From a virus (taxonomy: Duplodnaviria > Caudoviricetes): a stretch of DNA of 46,598 nucleotides. Of the stretch, positions 35,764 through 45,891 are shown one piece after another. Position numbers and translations under genes: made by a program. The stretch covers positions 1-46,598 of IMG/VR virus record IMGVR_UViG_3300000932_000036. One strand, written 5' to 3'. The notes below the pieces were generated by a model. It worked only from the letters and a program-made list of their open reading frames with translations. It did not search any database and was not told where the DNA came from. Position 1 is the first letter of the stretch. Every line of letters begins with the position of its first letter.

Positions 35764-36381
35764 ATGAAAAAATCAGTTTTATCTCTTTTATCTATTCTTT
35801 TGATCCTAGTGGGATGCAAGTCTAAAGAGGAGAAGGCTAATGAGTTAATAAATCAAGAGTTGTTTAAAACTCTCTATGACTATGAAAGCTATCAGCCTAT
35901 TGAGACAATAATTGACAGCGCATTTACATCTATCTACAGGGACTCTATTATTTTAGATTATGCGATTAAAGCCACTGCTTCATTTAAATTAACGAATGAG
36001 TATCTCCAAAAAACACAGAATGCCCAAGACATCATGAAAATATGGGTAAGCGGCTATTCAACTTCTTATGGGAGGCAAAAGTACCTAGAAGCGAGTGAAG
36101 AGTTTGATGAATATATAAAGCTTGCCGAAACGTCCATAGAGATAACCCAGGCCTACAAAGATTCAATCAAATCTGCTGCAGAATTTTTTCAAAAAGAGTT
36201 TATAGGCTGGGAAGCTAAACACAAGTTTAGATGCAAGACTAAAGGAGGTATGCCGGACATTGCGGACTATGTTTACATTATTGATCCAACGATGAAAGAA
36301 ATCATTTATTCAGAGGACGTAAACGATGAGGAATTAATCCAGCTTCGGGAAACTATTGAAGATTTTATTTCTGAAGATTAG
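35764..36381 (+). CDS. Lipoprotein moron
   Basis: MKKSVLSLLSILLILVG-C lipobox from ATG 35764. Confidence 0.8.
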   Translation: MKKSVLSLLSILLILVGCKSKEEKANELINQELFKTLYDYESYQPIETIIDSAFTSIYRDSIILDYAIKATASFKLTNEYLQKTQNAQDIMKIWVSGYSTSYGRQKYLEASEEFDEYIKLAETSIEITQAYKDSIKSAAEFFQKEFIGWEAKHKFRCKTKGGMPDIADYVYIIDPTMKEIIYSEDVNDEELIQLRETIEDFISED

Positions 36382-36423
36382 TAGTAACCATTATTCAAAT
36401 TTTTTTCTGAGCCAAAAAATCTA

Positions 36424-39400
36424 ATGACCACAGCCGAATACATCCAATCCATCAATTCCAGATACCGAACAGGGCAAGCAACCGAACATACTTTCCGGGG
36501 AGATCTTCAAAATCTTTTAGAATCTCTCGTTCCCGATATCGCCGCTACCAATGAACCCAAGCGCCAGGCCTGTGGAGCACCAGACTACATCCTCACCAAT
36601 AAGAAAGGGATTCCGGTCGGCTTTATCGAGGCCAAAGACATCGGAGATAGTGATCTTACCGGATCTAAAAGGAACGGAAACAAGGAGCAGTTTGACCGAT
36701 ACAAGGGTTCACTGGACAACTTGATCTTTACCGATTATCTCGACTTTTACTATTACCGAAGTGGTGAGTTGGCCACCTCTGTCCGCATAGGAGTAGTGGA
36801 CAACGGAAAGATCCTTCCGCTTCCACATAATTTCCCTGCCTTTGAGCTCCTGATCAAGGAATTCACCACGCATATCGGGCAATCCATCAAAAGCCCCAAA
36901 AAGCTTGCGGAGATGATGGCAGGTAAGGCTCGGCTTCTGGCCAATGTCATCTTCAATGCACTGGAAAGCGATGAAGAGCATCAGGACAATTCCACCCTGC
37001 GGGAGCAAATGGCTGCTTTCAAGGATATCCTGATTCATGACATTACTACCAAGCAGTTTTCGGATGTCTATGCACAAACCATAGCCTACGGGATGTTTGC
37101 TGCGAGACTCTATGACGATAGCTTGGACACCTTTAGCCGACAGGAAGCGGCCGAACTTATCCCCAAGTCCAATCCCTTCCTTCGCAAGCTCTTCCAATAC
37201 ATCGCAGGATACGATCTCGATGAGCGAATTACTTGGATTGTGGATGCTTTGGCAGATATCTTCCGAGCGGCAGATGTCAAAGCAATTCTCAAAAACTTCG
37301 GTAAGGCTACCAAGATGGAGGACCCGATCATCCACTTCTACGAGGACTTTCTGACCCAGTATGACCCCAAGCTGCGCAAAAGCCGCGGAGTCTGGTACAC
37401 ACCTCACCCAGTGGTCAACTTTATCATCCGTGCTGTGGATGAGATTCTGATTACCGAATTCGGCTTGCCCATGGGACTGGCGGATACCTCCAAGACCAAG
37501 ATCAAAGTGCCGATTCCTACTCACGACAAGCGATACAAGGGAGGGATGGTGGAAGTGGAGCAGGAAGTGCATCGGGTGCAGTTTCTCGATCCGGCAACGG
37601 GTACAGGAACCTTTGTGGCAGAAGCCATCCAGCAGATCTACGATAAAATGAAAGGGCAGCAGGGCCTATGGAACTCCTATGTGGAAAATCACCTGCTTCC
37701 CCGCATCAATGGCTTCGAACTCCTAATGGCTTCCTATGCCATGGCTCACCTGAAGCTGGACTTGCTACTGAAGCAAACAGGCTATACCGGAACCAAAAAC
37801 CAGCGATTCCGCATCTACCTGACCAATTCTTTAGAGGAATACCATAAAGACACAGGAACCCTCTTTGCCAACTGGCTATCTGCCGAAGCCTCAGAAGCCA
37901 ATCAAATCAAGCGGGATACACCCGTGATGATTGTGGCGGGAAATCCACCGTATTCGGTAAGTAGTTCAAATAAGGGAGAATGGATTCAAAACCTAATTAT
38001 GGATTACAAAAAGAATTTGAATGAAAAAAAGATCAATTTGGATGATGATTACATTAAGTTCATCCGATATGGCCAGCATTTTATTGATAAAAATGGAAGT
38101 GGAATTTTGGCCTATATTTCCAATAATAGTTTTATCGATGGAATTACCCATCGTCAAATGAGAAACAATTTATTAAAAAGTTTTGATAAGATTTTTATTA
38201 TTGATTTACATGGAAGTACTAAGAAAAATGAAACTACTATTGATGGTGGTAAAGATGAAAATGTTTTTGATATACAACAAGGAGTATCAATTAATATCTT
38301 TGTAAAAAAGGGAAAGAAAAATCAAAATGAATTAGGTAAGGTGTTTCATTTTGATTTATATGGGAATCGTGAATTTAAATATACTTTCTTAAATGATAAT
38401 AATTTATCCAAAATAGGCTTTAATGAGCTTGTATATGAAAAACCTCATTTCTTCTTCGTTCCAAAACAATTAAGAGATAAGGAATACGATAGTTGGATGT
38501 CTTTAAATGAGCTGTTTAATAATGTAAATAATGGAATTAAAACAGATAGAGATTCATTGTTCATTAGTGACAAAAAAATAGATATAGAAAATAGATTTAA
38601 AATTTTGCTTGAAGGGGAACTTTCAAAATCCTTTATTAAGGAATATCGTGTTGTAGATTCTGGTAGTTTTAAAATAACAGAAAGAATAAAAGGTAAAAGG
38701 TTTAATTTTCAAAATATAAAAAATATACTATACAGGCCTTTCGATATTCGCTTTATTTATTACGACTCTCAAATTGTAAGTCGTCCTGCAAAAAAAGTCA
38801 TGCAGCATATGCTCAGATCAAATTTGGCATTACTTTGCTGTAGGCAACAAAGCACATTTGATTTTCAACATGTTCTGGTATCTAATATTTTATCAGAAGT
38901 ATGCACTGTTAGTTTACAAACAAAAGAGACTACATATGTCTTTCCCCTTTACCTTTATTCTGAATCTTCCGTGCAGTTAAGTTTGGGTTCGGCCGAGACC
39001 CGCACTCCCAATCTAAATCCGGAGATCGTGGATCAGATTTCAGAGGGCTTGGGATTAACCTTTGTCCCAGAGCAAACCCATGAAGGAGGAACCTTCGCTC
39101 CTATTGATTTATTGGATTATATCTACGCGGTGCTTCATAGCCCCACTTATCGGGAGACCTACAAGGAGTTTTTAAAGATTGACTTCCCAAGAGTGCCCTA
39201 TCCTACTGATGTGGACAAGTTCTGGAAGTTAGTTGCCCTAGGAGGGGAGCTCCGATCACTTCACTTGATGGAGAGTCCAAGCCTAAATCAATACATAACT
39301 CAGTATCCAATAGCTGGAGAGAATGAAGTAGAGAAGATCAAGTTTGTAGAAAACTATGAAGTCATCGATGGAGACAGCGTTACCATGATGGATCCAGTTG

Positions 39401-39633
39401 AACCTATGGGCAGGGTTTATATTAATGGAGATCAGTTCTTCCAGATGGTTCCCACAGTCGCCTGGAACTTCTACATTGGCGGCTACCAGCCCGCCCAAAA
39501 ATGGCTCAAAGATCGCAAAGGCAGAACCTTAGACTTTGAAGAAATCATGCACTATCAGCGAATCATCAAGGCTCTGGTCGAGACGGACAGGGTGATGAAG
39601 GAGATTGATGAGATATCTATTCTAGAAAAGTAA
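36424..39633 (+). CDS. Single-chain restriction-modification enzyme (Type IIG/IIL-like, N6-adenine MTase with ISP-type C-terminal specificity region)
   Basis: N-terminal PD-(D/E)xK motif (PDY...FIEAK), MTase motif I FLDPATGTGTF, motif IV GNPPY, and C-terminal YRPFD and IGGYQPAQKWLKDRKGR. No helicase domain. Confidence 0.9.
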   Translation: MTTAEYIQSINSRYRTGQATEHTFRGDLQNLLESLVPDIAATNEPKRQACGAPDYILTNKKGIPVGFIEAKDIGDSDLTGSKRNGNKEQFDRYKGSLDNLIFTDYLDFYYYRSGELATSVRIGVVDNGKILPLPHNFPAFELLIKEFTTHIGQSIKSPKKLAEMMAGKARLLANVIFNALESDEEHQDNSTLREQMAAFKDILIHDITTKQFSDVYAQTIAYGMFAARLYDDSLDTFSRQEAAELIPKSNPFLRKLFQYIAGYDLDERITWIVDALADIFRAADVKAILKNFGKATKMEDPIIHFYEDFLTQYDPKLRKSRGVWYTPHPVVNFIIRAVDEILITEFGLPMGLADTSKTKIKVPIPTHDKRYKGGMVEVEQEVHRVQFLDPATGTGTFVAEAIQQIYDKMKGQQGLWNSYVENHLLPRINGFELLMASYAMAHLKLDLLLKQTGYTGTKNQRFRIYLTNSLEEYHKDTGTLFANWLSAEASEANQIKRDTPVMIVAGNPPYSVSSSNKGEWIQNLIMDYKKNLNEKKINLDDDYIKFIRYGQHFIDKNGSGILAYISNNSFIDGITHRQMRNNLLKSFDKIFIIDLHGSTKKNETTIDGGKDENVFDIQQGVSINIFVKKGKKNQNELGKVFHFDLYGNREFKYTFLNDNNLSKIGFNELVYEKPHFFFVPKQLRDKEYDSWMSLNELFNNVNNGIKTDRDSLFISDKKIDIENRFKILLEGELSKSFIKEYRVVDSGSFKITERIKGKRFNFQNIKNILYRPFDIRFIYYDSQIVSRPAKKVMQHMLRSNLALLCCRQQSTFDFQHVLVSNILSEVCTVSLQTKETTYVFPLYLYSESSVQLSLGSAETRTPNLNPEIVDQISEGLGLTFVPEQTHEGGTFAPIDLLDYIYAVLHSPTYRETYKEFLKIDFPRVPYPTDVDKFWKLVALGGELRSLHLMESPSLNQYITQYPIAGENEVEKIKFVENYEVIDGDSVTMMDPVEPMGRVYINGDQFFQMVPTVAWNFYIGGYQPAQKWLKDRKGRTLDFEEIMHYQRIIKALVETDRVMKEIDEISILEK

Positions 39634-39640
39634 TATTCAG

Positions 39641-40255
39641 ATGGAGAGAAAAGCATTTTTAAAAAGAGAAAGGAAAAGATATTTTTTCTTCATTTTGAAG
39701 CAATTAGCTTTAAATATTTTATTTGTTGTTCTCGCTTGTTTATCTGGATTCATTGGCAATTCATTAGTTTCGGTAATTATAATTTTAACTATATCCTTTT
39801 GGAATTACTTGGTTTTAAGTGAACCATATAAAGACTTTGACCTATATAAATCTCTCTTTTACCGAAATCGATTAGAGCATAATTTAATCGTTTATGTGAT
39901 TGTTGTTTGCGTTTCGTCCTACATTATTATGAGACTTCTTAATGAAGAATTTTATGAATGGTTCGCTGAGAAAAAGTTTTTCTCTGACGAATTTGAATTT
40001 CAAAGATCATTGTCTATTTCATTAACTTTCCCAATCGGTCTTATTGCAATGATCATCAACTTTCTTTCAATATCTAAGAAGCTTGATTTAATAATCCATG
40101 GAGGTATTTTCGATTCTAGTTATTATTTTAATTTAATTAAAAATAGGCAAAGCACATATTTTGAAATTAAAGAAAGATTAATTTCAAAATCATCTGATTT
40201 AAATTTTTGGTATAGCTCATTAGAAAATAAAAGGTTAATCGAAGAGAATAATTAG
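39641..40255 (+). CDS. Multi-pass membrane protein (AT-rich)
   Basis: About four hydrophobic segments. Starts 7 nt after the R-M gene. Confidence 0.7.
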   Translation: MERKAFLKRERKRYFFFILKQLALNILFVVLACLSGFIGNSLVSVIIILTISFWNYLVLSEPYKDFDLYKSLFYRNRLEHNLIVYVIVVCVSSYIIMRLLNEEFYEWFAEKKFFSDEFEFQRSLSISLTFPIGLIAMIINFLSISKKLDLIIHGGIFDSSYYFNLIKNRQSTYFEIKERLISKSSDLNFWYSSLENKRLIEENN

Positions 40256-40258
40256 AAA

Positions 40259-40705
40259 ATGAAAAATAAAATTCAAATTGAAAATTTATTAAAGTTAAGC
40301 TTTGATAATCTTCCGGATTCAAGCTTTTTCCCTGTGGCGGCAATAGACAATTATGCGGGAGATGAAGTTATTTCATTTCAAAAAGCTTTTGACCCACCCT
40401 TATTAACCATATTTAATAAACTTGACATCAATACATTTTTAATTAACGATTCAAAGAATTTTGTTTTTTCGGCAATTGACATTAATGGTAGAAATATAAA
40501 TGAACTTTCACATTTTGTTAACTCTATTGTGGATATCTATGGCGAAGATGAAATAGGCTTAGAAAGGTTTACACAGGATGATGTTTTACAAATAAAGAAT
40601 GGATATTGGACAGGGAGACTTTGGCTTGATACTACAAAGTTTTTTCCTCCAGTCTTACTGAGCTATGACTCTAAAGATAAATTCACTTTCAGTGTTTTTC
40701 TTTAG
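40259..40705 (+). CDS. Hypothetical protein (AT-rich, 148 aa)
   Basis: Starts 3 nt after the previous stop. Confidence 0.7.
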   Translation: MKNKIQIENLLKLSFDNLPDSSFFPVAAIDNYAGDEVISFQKAFDPPLLTIFNKLDINTFLINDSKNFVFSAIDINGRNINELSHFVNSIVDIYGEDEIGLERFTQDDVLQIKNGYWTGRLWLDTTKFFPPVLLSYDSKDKFTFSVFL

Positions 40706-40889
40706 TTGCTTTGAGCTTTTCAATATCTTTCTTTTTTGTTTTGTATGTGTTAATCAAATCAGCATGTCTGGCTCTTCTTAAGTAACCTTCTAAGAGCAAG
40801 TCTAGCTCCTGAAGCTCGAGATAGGAACAGGCATTCAGAAACTGCTCTACAGTGATTTCAAGATGGAATTGTTTAGATATTTTAGGCAT
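40689..40889 (-). CDS. Small phage protein (66 aa)
   Basis: Last gene of the overlapping early operon. Confidence 0.65.
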   Translation of the reverse strand: MPKISKQFHLEITVEQFLNACSYLELQELDLLLEGYLRRARHADLINTYKTKKKDIEKLKATKEKH

Positions 40890-41271
40890 AGTTCATCTCC
40901 TTTTTATCTTGATCGTTTCTAAGGACAAGTCCATATTTTCTTTGGATTCGCTTTGTTCGACGCATTTTCCTGCGCTGTCGTTTTTTTAGCGAGGGGCCTT
41001 TATTTCCCCCCGCTAAAAACTCCTCATTCTCAAAATCGGCCATCCCGATCTCGGTGATCACCTCCGGAGTGGATTCGCTTTTGGTATTGCGCTCGATCAG
41101 GATAAAGACCACAGCCACATAAGAGCCCCAGGCCAGCCACATGATCGAGACGGCCAGATAGATGATATTCTTGCCAGACCCCTTCAGCCGGTACACATAC
41201 CAGAAGACCATCAGACCGAGGATCAGCACTGCTGCAGTGCCAATCCCCATTGCCCAGCGAAGCTCAGTCAT
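40882..41271 (-). CDS. Two-TM membrane protein with a basic tail
   Basis: Two hydrophobic helices and 8-nt overlaps with neighbours. Confidence 0.65.
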   Translation of the reverse strand: MTELRWAMGIGTAAVLILGLMVFWYVYRLKGSGKNIIYLAVSIMWLAWGSYVAVVFILIERNTKSESTPEVITEIGMADFENEEFLAGGNKGPSLKKRQRRKMRRTKRIQRKYGLVLRNDQDKKEMNYA

Positions 41272-41581
41272 GATGCACCTCCTTTTCTATTTTATAGAAT
41301 TTTGCAATTGCTACACCCCAATGACCACACCATGCATCATTATATTTGTTGCCTTCCATGGCAATACCATGATTATCAGTCACTATTTCGAATGTGATCT
41401 CCTTACATCGTTTATGAAGGCTGTGAGCTATTCTAGAGATTTCTTGAAGTCGAAGAATTGACTTTTCCAAATCATCAGTAACAGTCTTATTTAACCTCAG
41501 AAACTGTTTTTGAAGGGCTTTTGAAAGCTGATTTTTGGCCACATAATCAGTATGCTCTATCATAATGAAATATTTATCCAC
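41264..41581 (-). CDS. Hypothetical protein (105 aa)
   Basis: Coupled ORF in the early operon. Confidence 0.65.
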   Translation of the reverse strand: MDKYFIMIEHTDYVAKNQLSKALQKQFLRLNKTVTDDLEKSILRLQEISRIAHSLHKRCKEITFEIVTDNHGIAMEGNKYNDAWCGHWGVAIAKFYKIEKEVHHD

Positions 41582-41861
41582 GACTCACCTCCTTTCTCTC
41601 CAGGTTTTCTTTCATCTGACGGATAGCCTCCTCCGGAGTCATGGACCCGTAGATCTGTGTCATGTAGCGGCTGGTCTCAGCCCGTAGCTTATACTCCGCC
41701 TCCTTGCACTCACGAAGGATATCCTTCGCCTCCTGAAACAAGGCTCCCGCCTTGCTTCGCTTTGCCTCTGCCGCTTTGGCAAAGTACCGCTGCTGTAGAT
41801 TCAGCAGCTCATCCACGGCCTTTACATAGGCCTTGGGCACGGTAATCATGTCGTTGTTCAT
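41574..41861 (-). CDS. Hypothetical helical protein (95 aa)
   Basis: Coupled ORF in the early operon. Confidence 0.7.
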   Translation of the reverse strand: MNNDMITVPKAYVKAVDELLNLQQRYFAKAAEAKRSKAGALFQEAKDILRECKEAEYKLRAETSRYMTQIYGSMTPEEAIRQMKENLERKEVSRG

Positions 41862-42091
41862 GTTGTTTCAGCAGTTATGATTTTGACAGGTAAATAGATT
41901 TTGCGCTCTGTAATGCCTCTTTTCAAGATATTCTTGTCCGTTGCCTCGCTGAGCGAGCGGGCAATCAGGCCACCGTCGGACAGGCGCTGGTAGTACACCA
42001 GCCCTATCCTGCGCTTGCCGGTCATGGGGTCCACCATCTCCCGGATGGAGGTCGCCACTTTGACTTCAGTTTCGAGTTTGATTGTGTCCAT
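41858..42091 (-). CDS. Hypothetical protein (77 aa)
   Basis: Directly after the primase, 4-nt overlap with the next gene. Confidence 0.7.
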   Translation of the reverse strand: MDTIKLETEVKVATSIREMVDPMTGKRRIGLVYYQRLSDGGLIARSLSEATDKNILKRGITERKIYLPVKIITAETT

Positions 42092-42102
42092 GGTATGTGT
42101 GG

Positions 42103-45024
42103 TTAGAATGAAGCTTCGATATCTGAGTCTGAGAGATCATCCAGGATACTCTTCTGACCCTCGGAGGCACGTACCTCGGGCGGACTGCCTGGAGCCTGCA
42201 CGGGATCATTGCCAGGCTGGATCCAGATGTATTCCAGTGTCTTGTGCTCTCCGTGATATTCTCCCTTCTGAATGATCCGGCCATCGGCGTTTTTCAGCCC
42301 GAGATGATCAGGGTTCAGTCGATAGCCCATGAATTTGACCCAGGCATGCAGGGCTTTGGTGAAGCGCTGCGCTTTCATCAGGGTCTTGTTTTGCGACTTG
42401 AAGTCGTCAAAGGCTGCCTGCTTGATCTCGAGATTATTGAGCCTGCCAGATTCTGGTGAGAAATACACATCAGCCCAATCCTTGAATTCATCGCCCATCA
42501 CGCCAAGCAGATTTCGCTTCTCGACATTGGACATCGGCGGCTCGATCTTGTCATGCTGCAGGTAGAAATGGCAGCACTGAATCATGAAATTGTAGAAGTC
42601 ATTCCACTCCTCCCGGGTATAGTCATCATCCAGGAGCTTCTTGCCAAAGTCATCCTCAGGTGTGCGGTGCTCACGATAGAAGCCTTCCTTGGAGTGGTGG
42701 TAGTAGTCGGAGAATACCGTGTAAAGAATCCTGCGGAGTGCAGACCCATCCAGATTCCGCACTGCGAAATTGGATGTGAAGGCAAACTTCGGCACGTCCG
42801 GAAAGTCCAGGACATATTGCCGCGTGTTTTTAGGGTTCACCGCCATCTTGCCGGTGATCACATCGAAGAAGAAGTGGAAGTTCAAATACTGGTGCGCATC
42901 ATCCACGAGGACAAAGAAGGTGTGCTTGGTGATGCCCTCGTAGATGTGCGGCTTGTCAGTCAGCTTCGGGTCCCGGCCAGACAGGTAGTGCGATTTCATA
43001 AACCTGCTGACTGAGTTGAAGCAGATGGATTTGCCTGAACCGCCGTTGGACTCACCTTCATCACCCACACGGTTGTCCATGGCAAATACAGCCCAAGGAC
43101 GCGAAGCATCCTTGTATCGATGTAGCAGATAGCCCAGTGCATAGATCTTATTGACCAGGTGCTTCATCTGCTCTCGCTGCTCTTCGATCGTAAGATTTGG
43201 CCCAGCGATGTCAAACTTGTGCGCCTGCCGATAGGCCTCTGCCTGATCCACCGGCAAATGATCGAGTGTATCTTCCAGCTCCCGACGCCAGTGGATACGG
43301 GAGGTGTTGATTAAGTAGTTAAGGAATTTATTGTCCTTTTTGAGGATCTCGATTTCATAGCCATGCTCGGGATTGTCGGTGACTTTGAAGTGCTCTGTTT
43401 GGATCTTCAGGTGATGATCGATGACCTCATCCCGCCAGACGTACTGCTGGATCTGTCCCGGCTTGAATTCCTGGATTTCCTTCGAGCTCACCCGAATAAT
43501 CTTGTTATTGAAGAAGAAGAGCTGATGATCCGGGCCGTAGGTCTTCATGTCCAGATCGATCACCGGTAGATTGGAAAGCGACTGATCAGAGAGTAGGGGA
43601 GTGCGATAGAAGATATTCCGGAGCTCCTTGGGGTAGTAGTGGTCCTGCAGGAATTTATGAATCCAGTTTTTCACCTTTCCGGCTCGCGTCTCCTCGACGA
43701 TATTGTCCTGTATATGCACATACATGGTTCCGGACTTTTCGCCTTCCGCCTCAAACTGGCAGAAGCCATTCGCCTGCAGGAAATTGTAGAGCTGGACAGG
43801 ATCCGCGGCATAGCCCATGCCTTTGTATTCCCCTTTCCGGTCAAACTTCGCCTCCATTTCCCAGAAGCGATAAGGCAATGCCGTCTTCACCAGCTTCTCG
43901 AAATGGTAATTATTGAAGTGATTCAGATAGTCCCGGACATCCTTACAGGGATTTCCTCTCCGGTCCTTGAAGGACTTCAGCTCCTCAGGCAGCTTGATCG
44001 TGAAGAGATCCATGTACTCGAGTGCCAGGCGATGGCCTTCGCGTATCCCCGTCGTGTCCAGATCAGGGCACTGCATGACCTTCTCTGCCTTGTCTGAGAG
44101 GCTGCGCCATTGAGACCAGGTTAGCTTGGCCGTCTCGGAATTTCCCCAGCATACCTGGTGACCGAGAAAGGCCAGATTCATCGCATCCGACCCACCGGTG
44201 CAGTAGATCACATGGGGGAGTTTCTTCGGCTTTTTTTTGTCGATCGGATTCCCTTCCTCATCCAGCTCGTCCGCATCATAAGCTTCCTCGATCTTGGCAT
44301 ATTCTCGGGCCACCTGCGTCAAGCCGAATAGGTAATCCTTCTCCAACTTGCCGTAGTACATAAAGCGAAAGCCCTTGTCTTTGGTCAGCGGCTGGTAGAT
44401 CTTCTTCATCTTTGGCCCCTCATCCCACATAAAGATGGGATAGTCATCGGTGGCCTCGATGATGGTCACTTTCCGGTTTTTGACGATTTTATAATTGAGT
44501 AGGGCATAGAAGTTAAATTTCCGAAACACCTCTTTGACCTTATCCAGGTCAATGACTTTTTTGCCCTCCTCGGTCTTTTTTTGAGGAATGACATACTTGC
44601 TCAGCACTGTCTTCGCTTCAAACTCCGTGAAGCCGTCCCGTACTTCGAAATACCACTCCCCATCATTCTCATTGGCTTCTGCGTCCCGATCCGTGATGAC
44701 AGGCTCCGGAGCTTTATACTTCTCCGAGGTGGCACTCAGGCCGTACTTTTCTGCCAGAAACTGGATGGCTTCCCCATAGCCCAGACCTTCCTGCTCCATA
44801 CAGATCATCAAGCCGTTCTTAGGCTTAGAATCATCTCCAAAGTCAGTCAGGACCCAGTTGCCGTCGCTGAGCTGCTTGAGTGTACAGCTGGGTGTTTTTT
44901 CCGGACGGATCGAAAACTTCGTTCCCTTCCGCTCGACTGCTTTCCTGGCATCGGGAAAGTAGTCGGTGATGATGTTTAATCCGCCGTCAGTGGCGTCAAA
45001 GATGTCTTGTAACTCGATGTACAT
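42103..45024 (-). CDS. DNA primase-helicase fusion
   Basis: DnaG-like N-terminus (RPEKTPSC...TDFG), TOPRIM-like IYCTGGSDA and PDLDTTG, C-terminal P-loop GGSGKS with VLVDD and FTSN. Confidence 0.85.
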   Translation of the reverse strand: MYIELQDIFDATDGGLNIITDYFPDARKAVERKGTKFSIRPEKTPSCTLKQLSDGNWVLTDFGDDSKPKNGLMICMEQEGLGYGEAIQFLAEKYGLSATSEKYKAPEPVITDRDAEANENDGEWYFEVRDGFTEFEAKTVLSKYVIPQKKTEEGKKVIDLDKVKEVFRKFNFYALLNYKIVKNRKVTIIEATDDYPIFMWDEGPKMKKIYQPLTKDKGFRFMYYGKLEKDYLFGLTQVAREYAKIEEAYDADELDEEGNPIDKKKPKKLPHVIYCTGGSDAMNLAFLGHQVCWGNSETAKLTWSQWRSLSDKAEKVMQCPDLDTTGIREGHRLALEYMDLFTIKLPEELKSFKDRRGNPCKDVRDYLNHFNNYHFEKLVKTALPYRFWEMEAKFDRKGEYKGMGYAADPVQLYNFLQANGFCQFEAEGEKSGTMYVHIQDNIVEETRAGKVKNWIHKFLQDHYYPKELRNIFYRTPLLSDQSLSNLPVIDLDMKTYGPDHQLFFFNNKIIRVSSKEIQEFKPGQIQQYVWRDEVIDHHLKIQTEHFKVTDNPEHGYEIEILKKDNKFLNYLINTSRIHWRRELEDTLDHLPVDQAEAYRQAHKFDIAGPNLTIEEQREQMKHLVNKIYALGYLLHRYKDASRPWAVFAMDNRVGDEGESNGGSGKSICFNSVSRFMKSHYLSGRDPKLTDKPHIYEGITKHTFFVLVDDAHQYLNFHFFFDVITGKMAVNPKNTRQYVLDFPDVPKFAFTSNFAVRNLDGSALRRILYTVFSDYYHHSKEGFYREHRTPEDDFGKKLLDDDYTREEWNDFYNFMIQCCHFYLQHDKIEPPMSNVEKRNLLGVMGDEFKDWADVYFSPESGRLNNLEIKQAAFDDFKSQNKTLMKAQRFTKALHAWVKFMGYRLNPDHLGLKNADGRIIQKGEYHGEHKTLEYIWIQPGNDPVQAPGSPPEVRASEGQKSILDDLSDSDIEASF

Positions 45025-45042
45025 TCAGAATCAATCAAAGAA

Positions 45043-45327
45043 TCAGGAGAATAGAGAAAGCTGCTTGGTGTAGCCTAGCCGAATCAGCTGGAGCACATAG
45101 TATCGGGGACCTACCGGGATCTCGGCAAGCGAGGAAAAGTTGAATAAGAATGTCCTGCTCCTGTGGTCCACCCGTAAGCCATATTTTGCCAACCGTCTAG
45201 CGCTGTAGTAGCGCTTTTGTTGCTTTTTCCTTTTTGGAAGCCTCAGGATCTCCCGCTGATGCTTGGTGAGTGTACTGGCCTGCGAATAGGCCCCATTCTT
45301 CCTGGTTTTCGTCTTGGACACGGACAT
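45043..45327 (-). CDS. Small basic protein (94 aa)
   Basis: K/R-rich, ends in QLSLFS, directly upstream of the primase. Confidence 0.6.
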   Translation of the reverse strand: MSVSKTKTRKNGAYSQASTLTKHQREILRLPKRKKQQKRYYSARRLAKYGLRVDHRSRTFLFNFSSLAEIPVGPRYYVLQLIRLGYTKQLSLFS

Positions 45328-45454
45328 AGTGATCGGGGTTTTGGTAAATTATTTTCAGAGGCTTGTCTTTGATGTATTGCTCGAAATAGTCTGCGTCACA
45401 CCCGAAAGTCTCATTATTGAGTTTTCGGTGGACTTTGATGAATTCAGCTGGCAT
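45197..45454 (-). CDS. Hypothetical protein (MPAEFIKV...)
   Basis: ATG 45454 overlaps the upstream gene end. Its 3' part overlaps the next ORF by 131 nt, so the call is uncertain. Confidence 0.4.
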   Translation of the reverse strand: MPAEFIKVHRKLNNETFGCDADYFEQYIKDKPLKIIYQNPDHYVRVQDENQEEWGLFAGQYTHQASAGDPEASKKEKATKALLQR

Positions 45455-45677
45455 TTTTGAGTTTGTTTTTGAGAATGGATATCCAGCCCTGGTAGCGGTC
45501 GACTCCCTGCTCGAGCTTTTCGATGTCACTTTCGATCATCTCAATGACCTCAAGCGGCTGATTTTCTTTTTTGGCTTTGGCGAGCTTGGCCCGATCGCCA
45601 ATCAGCTCTGACTGCACAAAGGCAAGGATAGACTGATACTCGGCCAGTTTTTCTTGGATGGATTCAGGCTGATTCAT
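45444..45677 (-). CDS. Small coiled-coil protein
   Basis: ATG 45677 (MNQPESIQ) with a heptad pattern. Confidence 0.6.
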   Translation of the reverse strand: MNQPESIQEKLAEYQSILAFVQSELIGDRAKLAKAKKENQPLEVIEMIESDIEKLEQGVDRYQGWISILKNKLKNAS

Positions 45678-45891
45678 AGAGATCGCGGTAAAGTTTTTTG
45701 TTAGGGACAGCTTCGTCAATCCGCTTTGCGATTTGCTGTGAGAAGTTTTTGACCATGTTGGTATGCGAGTGAATCATCCAATCAATGCGTGGAGCCACGA
45801 TCAGATCGCCTAGTTTCTTCCGCTCGTTCTGCCAGTATTCCAGTCCTTGCTGGGCACTGTCAAGCTGTCTTTCTAGAAGGTGTATTTCCAT
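45664..45891 (-). CDS. Small hypothetical protein
   Basis: ATG 45891 (MEIHLLE) is preceded by an A/C-rich leader. The ORF is open upstream to 46008. Confidence 0.55.
   Translation of the reverse strand: MEIHLLERQLDSAQQGLEYWQNERKKLGDLIVAPRIDWMIHSHTNMVKNFSQQIAKRIDEAVPNKKLYRDLYESA

Noticed and set aside
35457-35819. 120-aa minus-strand ORF over the origin-like region
   Set aside because: It overlaps the lipoprotein start and the repeat/hairpin region and has no recognisable features.
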